Origin: Planctomycetota bacterium
Lineage (GTDB): Bacteria; Planctomycetota; B15-G4; JADJEK01
DNA length: 64,000 bases
NCBI GenBank assembly: GCA_044225365.1
Contig: JBGAIQ010000008.1
Coordinates: 97,575-161,574, forward strand
Direction: 5' to 3'
Of the stretch, positions 29,599 to 40,217 are shown piece after piece. A model generated the notes under the pieces. It was not told where the DNA came from, did no database searches, and saw only the letters and a list, made by a program, of their open reading frames with translations. Made by a program: the position numbers and the translations under genes. How positions within the stretch are numbered: position 1 is the first letter of the stretch; each line of letters begins with the position of its first letter.

Positions 29599-30888
29599 TC
29601 ACCTCGCACGGGCTCCAGAGCAGATTTCGGCGAATTGAGCCTCGAGAGTCGAGCGCATTCTCGGCAATGCGATGGCGAGCTTTGCGGCCACCTCGTCCCG
29701 CTCGGCGAGGCTCGACCGCACCCTCTCGACGATTCCCTGCGCAGTTTCCGTGCGCGGATCCACGACGCTTGCTCCGACTCCCGCGGTGGCGAATACGCCG
29801 CGCGTCTTGTCGCTGTAAGCGAGCCCGAGGGTGGGCACGGCCGAAGACAGACCCGCGATGCACGAGTGCATGCGCGTACCGCAGAACCAGGAGCACCTCG
29901 ACACCATCCACTTCGCATGATCGGGACGACCCGTGAAGGGCGCGATCAGGACGCGCGACCGTTGCATCGGCGAGAGAGCATCGAACAAGGCGCGGCACGC
30001 CAGTGCGTCGTCCTCGGCGGGACGGTCGTCCGGCACGACGTGCGGCAGCAGCAAGACCCGATGGGATTCATCGCGGAGCAACGCATCGAGCAACGACCGC
30101 ATGAGCGCTCGATACTCCGATTGGAAACCGAACTGCTCCCGCTCGCGGCCCGCGAGTTGGAACAGCAGACCGCTCACGTTCAGTCCGAGGCAGATGCCCC
30201 GGCTCGCGAACGCTTCGATCGGTTCGGCAACCTCCGCGGGCGGAGGAGTCGAGGGCAGGCCGAACGCGACGTCGACGCCGAGCCGGCAGCGCTTCGAATC
30301 GAAGTCCGAGCCCAGGAGGTCGCGCACGATCTCTAGGCTCTCGGCGTCACGCGCCCACGCCTGCGTCGCGCTCGCGATCAACTCTCTCGCCTCGATCCGC
30401 GTGCGCTCCCCGCGGAACGGGCCGTAGGTCTGCGGCAGCAGGATCAGAGGCTTTCGCATGTCGAGCGCGATCCGCTTCGAGAGCGTCACGGCCTTGAAGC
30501 GCCAATCCCCGTAGATGTCGGAGAAGCTGTCACCTCCAGAGATGTCCAGGACGGCGTCGAGTCCCTCGATTGCTCGCAGGAACGGATGCGAGTTCGTGAG
30601 ACCGAGGCGGGCGAAGAAACGCGCAGAGTCCATGTTGCCGGGTCGATAGAACCGTCGCGAATGCTCGCAGGGAAGGAGACGGATCGGTGTGTCCGCGTAC
30701 CCGTCGACGAGATCCTGCGTTCGCTGCGTCTTCTTGAACAGGCCGAGCGTGAAGTCGATCGGCACTCCGACGCTCGCAAGCCCGCGAATGGAACCGAGTG
30801 CGAGCGCGGAGACTCCGAGGTTCCCGGTGTCCGGAGGACAGCCGAAGATCCCGAGTGCGAGACGACGGTTCTCAGCGGACGAATTCAT
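29599..30888 (-). CDS. Polysaccharide pyruvyl transferase family protein
   Basis: GNLGVSAL, GGDSFSDIYG, PQTYGPF, ARD..S, DVAF, GTRMHSCIA, AYSDK. Confidence 0.92.
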   Translation of the reverse strand: MNSSAENRRLALGIFGCPPDTGNLGVSALALGSIRGLASVGVPIDFTLGLFKKTQRTQDLVDGYADTPIRLLPCEHSRRFYRPGNMDSARFFARLGLTNSHPFLRAIEGLDAVLDISGGDSFSDIYGDWRFKAVTLSKRIALDMRKPLILLPQTYGPFRGERTRIEARELIASATQAWARDAESLEIVRDLLGSDFDSKRCRLGVDVAFGLPSTPPPAEVAEPIEAFASRGICLGLNVSGLLFQLAGREREQFGFQSEYRALMRSLLDALLRDESHRVLLLPHVVPDDRPAEDDALACRALFDALSPMQRSRVLIAPFTGRPDHAKWMVSRCSWFCGTRMHSCIAGLSSAVPTLGLAYSDKTRGVFATAGVGASVVDPRTETAQGIVERVRSSLAERDEVAAKLAIALPRMRSTLEAQFAEICSGARAR

Positions 30889-32066
30889 GATTCCGACGGA
30901 TCCTCTTCCCCGGAGGTGTCGATGCGCGCCGGCGCCTTCTCGACCGCGCGTCGCTTGCGGACGAATTCCTCGGCGAGTCGCGTGAGGCGGCCCCGCCATC
31001 CAGGCAAGACCGACTCGAAAGGACCGGCCGCGCACACGTCGATGCCGCCCATCCCGTTCTTGAACTCGTACACGCCGGGATTCTCGACGGGATCGATCCC
31101 TCCCAGGTCGTACCACGAAAGGCCGCGCGCCTTCGCGTTCTCGATCGCCTCCCAATGCAGCGCGTACGACGCTCTCAGGTCGCGGCCCGTCGCGTCGCTC
31201 GCGCCGAGCAGGTAGACCTGCGTGTCGCCGAGAAGGCTGAGGACGAGACCGGCGACGGCGCGATCCGGAGCGCTCTTGTTGCAGGCGAGGAGGATCTCGA
31301 ACCGCTCCGACTCGGGCAGCATCGACTGGAGCATCCGATAGAACTCCCCGTCGAGATCGGTGTGGAAGCCCTTCTTCTCCTTCATCTGCTCGTGCAGCAT
31401 GAGGAAGGCATCGAACGCCGATCGCTCCGTCGAACGCTTCAAGAGAAGGTCTTCACGACGGGCCTGACCGAGGCCGCGGCGCCAGCGTCGCGAGCACGCC
31501 TTCTGGATGTCGTCGAGCGAACGTTCGAGGTCGAGCAGGATCGTGCGGTATCCGCGCCCCTGCGTGGACGGGGTCATTCCTGCGGACGAGCATCGAGCCG
31601 CGATACGCGCCGCCTCTTCGGGAGGTGCGATCGGCGGCAGGACGCGAAGCACGAGGTGGCGCCGTTTCGTGTACTCCTCGATCAGAGCCCGTGCCGCGAA
31701 CTCTCGCGCGTCGTCGATCGAGTCGGGAGTGCAATCCACCCGCCGAACGAGCGGGCCGCCGCTGACGTAGGCCATGCCGCCGCCGACGACGGGAATCCTC
31801 TTCACCCGCACGTCGGCGAGCGCGATGACTTCCCCGCCCGCCGAGTCCCCGGACGATCCTCCGCCGCTCGCTTCCAGTGCGACGTGTTCACTCGTCGCTC
31901 CCTGCCGCTTCGCACACTCGACTCCGTAATCGAAGGACTGCGTGTAGCCGTGGTCCAAGAAGCCCGCGGCGAGCTTCGTCCACTCGTCCCGAGAGACCTG
32001 ACGGAGGCGGATCGACGGCGTCGAAATGGCGGTCATCTTTCGATCGACGAGATTCGAGTTGGTCAC
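30885..32066 (-). CDS. FemAB-like / GNAT aminoacyl- or acyl-transferase
   Basis: YRTILLDL, SYALHWEAI, YDLGG, VYEFKNGMG; alternative start 32036. Confidence 0.85.
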   Translation of the reverse strand: MTNSNLVDRKMTAISTPSIRLRQVSRDEWTKLAAGFLDHGYTQSFDYGVECAKRQGATSEHVALEASGGGSSGDSAGGEVIALADVRVKRIPVVGGGMAYVSGGPLVRRVDCTPDSIDDAREFAARALIEEYTKRRHLVLRVLPPIAPPEEAARIAARCSSAGMTPSTQGRGYRTILLDLERSLDDIQKACSRRWRRGLGQARREDLLLKRSTERSAFDAFLMLHEQMKEKKGFHTDLDGEFYRMLQSMLPESERFEILLACNKSAPDRAVAGLVLSLLGDTQVYLLGASDATGRDLRASYALHWEAIENAKARGLSWYDLGGIDPVENPGVYEFKNGMGGIDVCAAGPFESVLPGWRGRLTRLAEEFVRKRRAVEKAPARIDTSGEEDPSES

Positions 32067-32096
32067 GGCAGTTCTATCGGCAGACCGACCACCGAA

Positions 32097-33695
32097 TCAG
32101 CGGCGTCTTCGCAGATGCTGGACGTCGACTTCCTTGAAGAACTTGGCCGAGTCGAGCACGGTGAAGTGCTCTGCCAGGTAGAGATACAACAGCTCCGTGT
32201 TGTAGCGGATCCCGAACGAATCGGTTCGCGGGTTCGACACGATCCAGATCTCGTCTCCTTCGAGCCTCGCGAAGAACTCCTCGAGCTGCGCCATCGATTC
32301 GATCCTCGGCGTGCGGGGATCGTAGTGAACGAGGTCGGGATCGCGAGGAACGGGAGCGAGTCGGTTCGAGCCGTGGTAGTACAGAGCGAGGGGCAACGCG
32401 AGCTCGTTCGGGAAGACGACGATCGGCTCACCCTTCCCCTCTCGCGCCGTGATGTAGCTCGCAACCCGTTCGCAATCGCCCTGCTTCGCGAGCGAGTGAT
32501 GGTTCGCAATGAGCAGGCCGAACTCGACGAGGATCACCGCCACGACCGCGTGCGACGTGCGCTCGCGGTCCCCCCGGGCGAGGCCGAGCAACACGGGAAG
32601 CAAGAGGAACGCGCCGAGCAGCGGCAGGAACGACCAATAACGCTTCAAGTCGACGAGATAGAGGTTCACACCGCGTCCGATGGCTGCGAATGCGACCGCT
32701 GAGACGACGAACGCGACCGCGATCGCACCAAATGCGGATCGATCGCAGTACGAGGAGACCTGGGCGGCCCGACGGACCGCGATGAACGTCGCGACGGCGA
32801 ACGCTCCGCGCAGGATCCACGCGATCGCCTTCGAACCGAGCGCGTACGACGACGGAACGTGCTCGATGAAGCCGTACCCCGGCACGAGCGACTCCGAGAA
32901 CACGTACAGCAGATATCCGATCGCACCGCGATTCGTGAACACCTCGGGCGCGATGCCCTCTTGAGTCCTCGTCTGAGCGTATGCCCACATGAACGCGGGC
33001 ACCGCCGCGATCGCGACCACGACCATCGCGATGACATACCGTTTCACGTCCTCGCGGCGTCGCAGGAGGACGAGCGCGATCCCGAGCGCCGCGAGGAGGA
33101 ATCCGAGGTAGTACTGCGTGTAGAGCGCGGCGATCGCGGCGCCGATCAGGACGCCACCACGGCGGAGGAGGGGCCGCGGGTCAAGGCGCGAAGTCGTCTG
33201 CACGAAGCCCAGCACGATGCAGGCCGCGATCAGGAGCGCAAGGGCATAGACGCGCGTCTCGACCGCCGCCCCGATCACACCGGGATGCACCGCGAGGATG
33301 CCGGGAATCCACCACTCCTTCGCTCTCGGAAAGAGCCTTCGCGAGATGCGCGCCGCGACGACGAGGAGCGCGGTGGTCGCGAGCACCGAGAACGTACGCG
33401 TGAACACGAATTCGGAATCGAGGAACCGGAAGAGACGCAGCGCGACGAAATAGAGAGGCGCTTGCTGTTCGAAGTCGATCGCGCGACGAAATGCGTCCAC
33501 GAGCGATCCCGACGTGGTGTGGATCGTGAACGCTTCGTCGACCCAGAAATTCAGTACCCACGCGAGCGGAAGCGCGACGAGCAGGTGGAGAGCGAGGACC
33601 AAGCACAACGGCCAGTGCGACTCGTGACGCTCCTCGATCGCGGGGGTCGTCCCACCCTCTCCTTCGGAGTTCGTGGTCGAATTCGTGCTTCTCAT
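32097..33695 (-). CDS. GT-C fold membrane glycosyltransferase (GT39/ArnT-PMT like)
   Basis: FWVDEAFT, QAPLYF, ETRVYAL, LYTQYY; many TM helices. Confidence 0.85.
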   Translation of the reverse strand: MRSTNSTTNSEGEGGTTPAIEERHESHWPLCLVLALHLLVALPLAWVLNFWVDEAFTIHTTSGSLVDAFRRAIDFEQQAPLYFVALRLFRFLDSEFVFTRTFSVLATTALLVVAARISRRLFPRAKEWWIPGILAVHPGVIGAAVETRVYALALLIAACIVLGFVQTTSRLDPRPLLRRGGVLIGAAIAALYTQYYLGFLLAALGIALVLLRRREDVKRYVIAMVVVAIAAVPAFMWAYAQTRTQEGIAPEVFTNRGAIGYLLYVFSESLVPGYGFIEHVPSSYALGSKAIAWILRGAFAVATFIAVRRAAQVSSYCDRSAFGAIAVAFVVSAVAFAAIGRGVNLYLVDLKRYWSFLPLLGAFLLLPVLLGLARGDRERTSHAVVAVILVEFGLLIANHHSLAKQGDCERVASYITAREGKGEPIVVFPNELALPLALYYHGSNRLAPVPRDPDLVHYDPRTPRIESMAQLEEFFARLEGDEIWIVSNPRTDSFGIRYNTELLYLYLAEHFTVLDSAKFFKEVDVQHLRRRR

Positions 33696-33699
33696 CGCA

Positions 33700-35421
33700 T
33701 CACGGCCGAACCCGCAGCACTTCGTAGTGCGCCGTCTGGAAGAGAAGTTCCAGGCCGAGCGCCGCCCCGTCGCGAACGCGTACGACGTAGACCGGTCGAC
33801 TCGAAGTCCACGGTTCGCTCGCAATCCTTCGCAACGCCGCGGCATCGAGTCGGGGATATCCCATCGATACGGCGTCTTCGCGGACAGGGCGGCTCGCCGA
33901 CTCGGGCTCGTTCGCCAGCAGGCGCATACGGCGCAGCCATTCGACGCCAAACGCCGGATCGAAGAAACTCTGCGTCCCGTCCTTCCAACTCGCAAAGACC
34001 GTTCGTTCGGAACCCGCGCGGAAGTCCGCGAGCGACAGATCCGGCGGCGCGATGAACCAGGAATCCTGGGGCGTGTCCTTTCGAACGCGGGACTGCACTT
34101 CCCGCCACTCCACCTCGGGACGAACCGGGAATGAGAATCCCGCACGCTGGGCACCGACGATCGCGAGGACCACCGCGTATCCGCAGGCCGCGAGCACCCA
34201 CGTACGTTCGCGCGGACTCCTCGCAACGGCGATCGCGCAGATCGTCACGAACCCGCAAAACACGACACTCGCGGCGCGGAAGAGATCGCCCCCGACGAAG
34301 AGTGCAAGAGCGAGCGCAGGGACGAGGACGAGGGAGATGCCACGTCGCTCGACGATCGCGTCGCGCAGCATCGCCGCGAAGTACAACACCTCGAGCAAGC
34401 GAAGGATCGTCGAGCTGCGGAACAACTGGAACTGCACGACGATCGCGACGGGCGCGAGTTCGGAGAAGACGTAACCGAGCAGGAAGAGCACACCCACTCC
34501 CGCGACGAGCCCTCTCGCGATGCGATCGCGCGCCGTCGGCGGATTCGCGGTGAGTCGCGAGAAACCGACCAGCAGCACGACGAACGCCGCGCCTTCCTCG
34601 AGGAATTCGCGAAGCGCCCACGTCGATGGAAACACGTGATGCGGAGAACGAATCGCGAGGATCTGCAGCCATTCCGGATCGGCGGCGAGGAGGTGGAGCG
34701 ACGGCGGCGCCTCGACGAATCGCCACGCGAGCACGGGAGATGCCGCGAGCAGCAGCGGCAGGAGGCACTGCGTCGCCAGCGCCCGTGCGCGCTCGCCGAG
34801 CGGAGCATGGCGGGTGATGACACTCCACGCGAGGATCACCGCGAACGCGGCGTGTGCTGCCGTCAGGCCGTGGATCGAGAACGCCACGCCGAGAAAGGCG
34901 AAGGCGGCGCGCCAGCGCAAGCCGAACGCGTGGGCGAAAGCCATCAAGACGAGCGGCTGCGCGACGACGACCGTGTCGAAGAACGACTCCATCAGCACGC
35001 CGCCACCAAGACTCGGTCGACGCAGGACGAGAAAGCACGCCGCCACGATCCCCACGCGCCGATCGCCGAACATCGCGATGGCCAGTCGATCGAGCGCGAC
35101 GAACGTGAACCAGGTCGCTACCGCATAGCCGAGCAGGAACAGGACCGAGACGTCGATGGTGAGCCAGCGGACCAGGAGTCCGAGCAGGGGCCACAAAATC
35201 GTCTGTAAGTGGAATCGTTCGCCGACCAGCGCATCACCGGCATACAGCGAAGCATCCGCGAACGCTTTCACGAACGGAATCGTGATCGTCGTGTTGCCGA
35301 GTCCGTACTGATACGGGTGCGTCCCGAGCATCGCCGCGAGCGTGAAGACGAGAGGCCCGATGCGCGCCCATCCTCGTTCACCGTCACGCGGAGTCGATCC
35401 GGACTCGAGGGTCACATCCAT
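33700..35421 (-). CDS. Polytopic membrane protein, DUF6798-like (probable GT-C)
   Basis: IRSPHH, QLFR, FRAGSER...WKDG, EWLRR motifs. Confidence 0.65.
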   Translation of the reverse strand: MDVTLESGSTPRDGERGWARIGPLVFTLAAMLGTHPYQYGLGNTTITIPFVKAFADASLYAGDALVGERFHLQTILWPLLGLLVRWLTIDVSVLFLLGYAVATWFTFVALDRLAIAMFGDRRVGIVAACFLVLRRPSLGGGVLMESFFDTVVVAQPLVLMAFAHAFGLRWRAAFAFLGVAFSIHGLTAAHAAFAVILAWSVITRHAPLGERARALATQCLLPLLLAASPVLAWRFVEAPPSLHLLAADPEWLQILAIRSPHHVFPSTWALREFLEEGAAFVVLLVGFSRLTANPPTARDRIARGLVAGVGVLFLLGYVFSELAPVAIVVQFQLFRSSTILRLLEVLYFAAMLRDAIVERRGISLVLVPALALALFVGGDLFRAASVVFCGFVTICAIAVARSPRERTWVLAACGYAVVLAIVGAQRAGFSFPVRPEVEWREVQSRVRKDTPQDSWFIAPPDLSLADFRAGSERTVFASWKDGTQSFFDPAFGVEWLRRMRLLANEPESASRPVREDAVSMGYPRLDAAALRRIASEPWTSSRPVYVVRVRDGAALGLELLFQTAHYEVLRVRP

Positions 35422-35443
35422 TGGCCGAGGGGTCCCGCGGCGG

Positions 35444-37138
35444 TCACCGTGGCGCGCTCAGATCGAAGAGCCGCGCCTTCGAGCCGTCCACGAGCACACG
35501 GTAGCGCTGCTCGAGCGTCTTTTCGATTCCGTAAACGGCATCGAGATGCCGCCGCTCGGCGACGAGCCGAGTCGCGCCGCGCGCGCGGAGCGACTCGATG
35601 TACTCCAGGGAGAGATCCTCGTGCGTGATCAGGAAGCCCTTCTTGTCGAGCCAATAGAACATGTACGAAGCCGCAGGGTCGACGGCATGACCGTCGGAAT
35701 CGAATCGAGACTCGACCGTCACGGCGATACGGGGCGCGTCCGCGACAGCGCTGCGCATTGCGATCGCATCGGCATGCAACGCGACCATCTGGTCCTCGGC
35801 GAAAGTCCGACCGATCCGATGCCCGAGGCGCAGGAAGGTGAGCGCGACGAGGAAGAGGAGGAACACGAGCAACACGGCGCGCCCAAGACCGCCCTGCGGC
35901 ATCGGACGCGGCAGGAAGAACCGCAGCGTAGCCCACAGCACGAGGGCTCCTGCGCAGAGCAGGAGCATCGCGAGGGACTGCAATCTGCCGAGGCGTTCGG
36001 AATAGAACTCCGAGAGGATGGTGATCGGCAGTGCGAGCACCGTCGCGGCGACGACGAAGGCCGGCAGACGAAACTTGATCTCGGGATTGCGCGCCGCGAT
36101 CGAGGCGACGCCGCAGCCGAAGAGCAGAGCCGCGGCCGGCGCCGAGATCAGGTGATAATAGAATGCCCAGTCATCCGCACATGTTCGCGCCGCGAACAGG
36201 AAGAACGCGAGGGTGGCGAGCCACCACGAGACGGCAAGCCGAACTCCGCTGTCGAGCCGATCGGCCCGCGAACGCAGAAGACCGAGGAGGACGATCGGCA
36301 GAGCCGCCGGCGTCCATACGTATTGGATCTGATTCTGGAAGATGCCCGTCAGGAAGTAGCGATTCGTGAAGAGGTCGAGACCCGCGAAGTGATATTCGCT
36401 CGAAATGCCGAGCGAGTTCCCGTACTGCAGGTAATAACCCCGCGCGTGGAGATACCACAGGATACCGGGCGCCAGGCTCGCTCCCGCGAGCAGCACGGCT
36501 CGTGACCGGAATACGCCTCGCACTCCGTCGCGGCCGATCCACATCGCGAGGTAGAGCCATCCGATGTGGACGGCGGTCCCTTTCGCCAGGATCGCGAGCG
36601 CGGTCGCCGCCGCCGTCGCAACGAGATCGCGCACCGCCCGCGAATCGAAGTACCGCAGGAGGCAGAGGACGCCGGCGAGGCAGAACAGGAGCATGAGTCC
36701 ATCGGGCTGCAGCGACGTCGCCACGCCGACTGGCAGGGGTGCGAGCGCGAAGCACGCGGTCGCGGCGAGCGCCCCCAGCGGAGACACGCAGCGAGCGGCG
36801 ATCCGATGGAACAGGAGCAGAGCACCGAGCGACGCCGCGAGCGCGATCCAGCGCCCCGATTCCTCCAGCGGCAGACCGACCTTCGAAGCGAGGGCCATCC
36901 CGTAGGGGAGGAACGGGAACTCGGACTCGACGTACCCCGGTCGATCACCGGAGAAATCCACTTCCGGACGGACAGGGTTCATTCCGTCGCGCACGAAATT
37001 GCGCGCCACCATCGCGCTGTCGCACTCGCGCCAGGCGAGTTGCCGCTGAATCGATCCGTCGACGCCGTGATGCACTTCGCGCAATCGAAGCACGAGCCCC
37101 ACCAGCATCACGATCGCGTAAAGAACCCGTTGATTCAT
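35444..37138 (-). CDS. GT-C fold membrane glycosyltransferase (ArnT family)
   Basis: WRECDSAMVARNF, ESEFP, QPDGL, LAKG; alternative start 37171. Confidence 0.85.
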   Translation of the reverse strand: MNQRVLYAIVMLVGLVLRLREVHHGVDGSIQRQLAWRECDSAMVARNFVRDGMNPVRPEVDFSGDRPGYVESEFPFLPYGMALASKVGLPLEESGRWIALAASLGALLLFHRIAARCVSPLGALAATACFALAPLPVGVATSLQPDGLMLLFCLAGVLCLLRYFDSRAVRDLVATAAATALAILAKGTAVHIGWLYLAMWIGRDGVRGVFRSRAVLLAGASLAPGILWYLHARGYYLQYGNSLGISSEYHFAGLDLFTNRYFLTGIFQNQIQYVWTPAALPIVLLGLLRSRADRLDSGVRLAVSWWLATLAFFLFAARTCADDWAFYYHLISAPAAALLFGCGVASIAARNPEIKFRLPAFVVAATVLALPITILSEFYSERLGRLQSLAMLLLCAGALVLWATLRFFLPRPMPQGGLGRAVLLVFLLFLVALTFLRLGHRIGRTFAEDQMVALHADAIAMRSAVADAPRIAVTVESRFDSDGHAVDPAASYMFYWLDKKGFLITHEDLSLEYIESLRARGATRLVAERRHLDAVYGIEKTLEQRYRVLVDGSKARLFDLSAPR

Positions 37139-37306
37139 CTCCTCGTTCTCACGGAACTCCGGCCTCGGCATGGCTCGCAGTTCCGAAGCACTCCCCGGCC
37201 GACCGCGGGCGAATAGGATACGCGCCGATCGCGATCGACGCCACCGCCCGCGCGGCGAAAGAAGGTCGCGGACCAGTCCAGCCCGCCGCGCCGTACGGCC
37301 CCGCCT

Positions 37307-37732
37307 CTACGCCTTCCTCTCCGGGATCCACCTCGCCTGGACGTACGCCCCGAGGAACATGCACCCGATCGCGATCAGCACTCGCAGGTTCCCGACTCCG
37401 ATGCTCGCGACCGCGGCGCCGGGGCACAATCCCGAAAGACCCCAACCGATGCCGAACACCACGGCCCCTCCGATCGTGCGCCGGTTGAGGGACGCTTTGT
37501 AGGTCTCGAACGGGACTCTCACGATCAAGGGACCGCGCAGGAATCGCCGTCCGAGCTGGAATGCGGCCATCGTGACGGCGACTCCCGCTCCCATCACGAG
37601 CAACAGGCCGAAGTCCTGAAGATGCAGGAACGAGAGCACCACCTCCGGTTTCACCATACCGCTACGCGCGAGGCCGCAACCGAAGAGCAGACCTCCGAAG
37701 AGCACGATGACGTTCCTGAGAAGAGTGTTCAT
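37307..37732 (-). CDS. YeeE/YedE sulfur-transport family, small subunit
   Basis: GLARSGM, VLSFL, FGIGWGLSGLCPG. Confidence 0.88.
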   Translation of the reverse strand: MNTLLRNVIVLFGGLLFGCGLARSGMVKPEVVLSFLHLQDFGLLLVMGAGVAVTMAAFQLGRRFLRGPLIVRVPFETYKASLNRRTIGGAVVFGIGWGLSGLCPGAAVASIGVGNLRVLIAIGCMFLGAYVQARWIPERKA

Positions 37733-38202
37733 GGCGCGACTCCAAGACTGCGCATGATGAACGCGGTCACGATTGCGACGCTCATGAATGTCGACACGGC
37801 GAGCAACGACGGCAACGACCACGACGAGAGCCCGCAGATCCCGTGACCCGAGGTGCAGCCGCGACTCACTCGCGTCCCGAGTCCGACGAGGAAGCCGCCG
37901 AGTGCGAGTCGCCAGGGCGCGACGGACGTGACGAAGGTCTCCCCGTCGTTCCACAGCACCGTGAAGAGATACGCGCCGAGTACGGTGCCAAGGGCGAACA
38001 CGAGCCGCCAGCCGCGCGACTCGAGATACCCAGTCTGCCGCAGGTCGGGATTCGCGAACACCCACGAGAGCGTCGTACTGAAGAACCCGCTCGCCCCAGC
38101 GATCGTTCCCGACAGCAGAAAGATCGTCGCGACGCCGAGACCGACGAGCAACCCTCCCTGGAGATAGGAATTCACACCCATTGGAAAGAGGTCGATACCC
38201 AT
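37729..38202 (-). CDS. YeeE/YedE sulfur-transport family, small subunit
   Basis: GTIAGASG, LVGLGTR, GCTSGHGICG. Confidence 0.88.
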   Translation of the reverse strand: MGIDLFPMGVNSYLQGGLLVGLGVATIFLLSGTIAGASGFFSTTLSWVFANPDLRQTGYLESRGWRLVFALGTVLGAYLFTVLWNDGETFVTSVAPWRLALGGFLVGLGTRVSRGCTSGHGICGLSSWSLPSLLAVSTFMSVAIVTAFIMRSLGVAP

Positions 38203-38414
38203 CGCCTTACTCAACATCATGAGGACCACGAAGCGCCCGAATCCACGGGGAGACGGCGCCAACCGGCGAGATCTCTTTTCCCGCACACCGACACAGGATC
38301 GCGCACGGTGGTCGAGCGATTGCACACAGCGTACCGCGAGTCCGTTCGCACGAAGGTGGGACGTTTGCCGCTCGCATTCCTGCGGGAACAGCCCGTTGGT
38401 AAGCTCGATCCCCG

Positions 38415-40217
38415 ATGCACGATTCCGATGCCCAATCCGTCCGCCGGGACGATGCCGCGGTCGACGCGGTCGCGAGCGCCGTCCTCGCTACCTGCGATGT
38501 GAGTACGGGACCGATGGCGCGAATCGACGCGAAGCGATTCCTGCGGGCCGTCGAATCTCGCCTGCGCAGACAGCTCGGCAAGCACGAACGACTGCGCATC
38601 CTCGAGACCTACGCGCCGCACGTCGCAGCCGAGTGGATCGAATCGTTGCGCGCGAAACCGGTGCGCTCGAAGAGCGGAATCGCGCCGCTCTCGCTCCTCA
38701 CCAAACCCTTTCCCTGCCCGGGCCGCTGCGTCTTCTGTCCCAACGACGTGCGAATGCCGAAGAGCTACCTGTCGATGGAGCCGGGCGCGCAGCGCGCGAC
38801 GCGCAACGCCTTCGATCCATTCGCCCAGACCTGGAATCGTCTGCTCGCGTTCCACCGAAACGGACACCCGATCGACAAGATCGAACTGATCGTGATGGGC
38901 GGGACGTTCACGGCGTATCCACGCGAATATCAACTCTGGTTCGTGAAACGTACGTTCGATGCGTTGAACGAATTCGATCCCGCCGCGGGACCCGTCGACG
39001 CTCCCGAGTTCGCGCACGATTTCAAGGATTGTGAGATCGCGCCGACTCCTCACGATTCGCCAGTCGCCCAGAACTCCTACGACGCAACCGTCCGCGATCA
39101 CCTCGAGAAGAAGCACGCCGGACGGCTGCTCGCGGACGCCGAGCGATCGACGATCGAGGATTTGCGCGCCTCCCACGCAACCAACGAGAGAGCCCGCGCG
39201 CGCTGCGTCGGACTCTCGATCGAAACCCGACCCGATCGGATCGACGCGGAGGAGATCGCTCATCTGCGCCGCCTCGGCGTGACGAAGGTCCAGCTCGGAT
39301 ATCAGAGTCTCGACGACTCCATCCTCGCGCGGAATCGCCGGGGATGCGACGTCGCCGCCTCCCGCGCCGCGACGGCTCTGCTGCGCCGGGCGGGGTTCAA
39401 GGTGCAGGCGCACTGGATGCCGAATCTTCTCGGCGCGACGCCTGCCTCCGACCGCGAGGATTTCCTCCGACTCTTCAGCGACCCCGACCTGCGCCCCGAT
39501 GAACTCAAGATCTATCCGTGCGCGCTCATCGAATCGGCCGAGTTGATGCGGCATCACGAAAGCGGCGCATGGCAGGCCTATGGGCATGACGAACTCGTCG
39601 ACCTCCTGGTCCACGCGCTCACCGCCACCCCGCGCTATTGCCGCGTGAGCCGTGTCATTCGCGACATCCCTTCGCACGATATCGTCGTCGGCAACAAGCA
39701 GAGCAACCTGCGCGAGGTTGCGACGCGCGAAGCGACGCGCCGCGGCGAGCGCATCGTCGACATCCGCGCGCGGCAGATCGCGCGCCTGGTGAATCAAGAC
39801 GAGCCGATCCGTTTCTACGCGCTGGAATACGAGCTCAACGGCGGCACGGAAGTGTTCCTCGAAGCGAGCACCGAACGCGACGAACTCTTGGGGTTCCTGA
39901 GACTGCACCTCCCGCGAAATCCAGAAACGCTCGCGGAGCTCACCGATCTGCGAGGCGCCGCACTGATTCGCGAGGTCCACGTCTACGGGCAGGTCGTCGC
40001 AATCGGCCTCGCCAGCGACGACGCGGACGGATTTGCGCAGCACCGCGGCATCGGAAGAGAGCTGATCCGGCGCGCGGAAACTCGGGCGCAAGAGGCTGCC
40101 TTCTCTCGTATCGCCGTGATCTCCGCCGTCGGAACCCGGGACTACTACCGCCGACTCGGTTACGTCGATGGAGATCTCTACCTCGTCAAGCATCCGCTGC
40201 GTGGCGCACCTGCATGA
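38415..40217 (+). CDS. Elp3-type radical SAM/KAT tRNA U34 carboxymethyltransferase
   Basis: KPVRSKSG, CPGRCVFCP, PKSY, GGTF, IETRPD, KIYP, REVHVYG, QHRGIG, YYRRLGY; alternative start 38514. Confidence 0.92.
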   Translation: MHDSDAQSVRRDDAAVDAVASAVLATCDVSTGPMARIDAKRFLRAVESRLRRQLGKHERLRILETYAPHVAAEWIESLRAKPVRSKSGIAPLSLLTKPFPCPGRCVFCPNDVRMPKSYLSMEPGAQRATRNAFDPFAQTWNRLLAFHRNGHPIDKIELIVMGGTFTAYPREYQLWFVKRTFDALNEFDPAAGPVDAPEFAHDFKDCEIAPTPHDSPVAQNSYDATVRDHLEKKHAGRLLADAERSTIEDLRASHATNERARARCVGLSIETRPDRIDAEEIAHLRRLGVTKVQLGYQSLDDSILARNRRGCDVAASRAATALLRRAGFKVQAHWMPNLLGATPASDREDFLRLFSDPDLRPDELKIYPCALIESAELMRHHESGAWQAYGHDELVDLLVHALTATPRYCRVSRVIRDIPSHDIVVGNKQSNLREVATREATRRGERIVDIRARQIARLVNQDEPIRFYALEYELNGGTEVFLEASTERDELLGFLRLHLPRNPETLAELTDLRGAALIREVHVYGQVVAIGLASDDADGFAQHRGIGRELIRRAETRAQEAAFSRIAVISAVGTRDYYRRLGYVDGDLYLVKHPLRGAPA

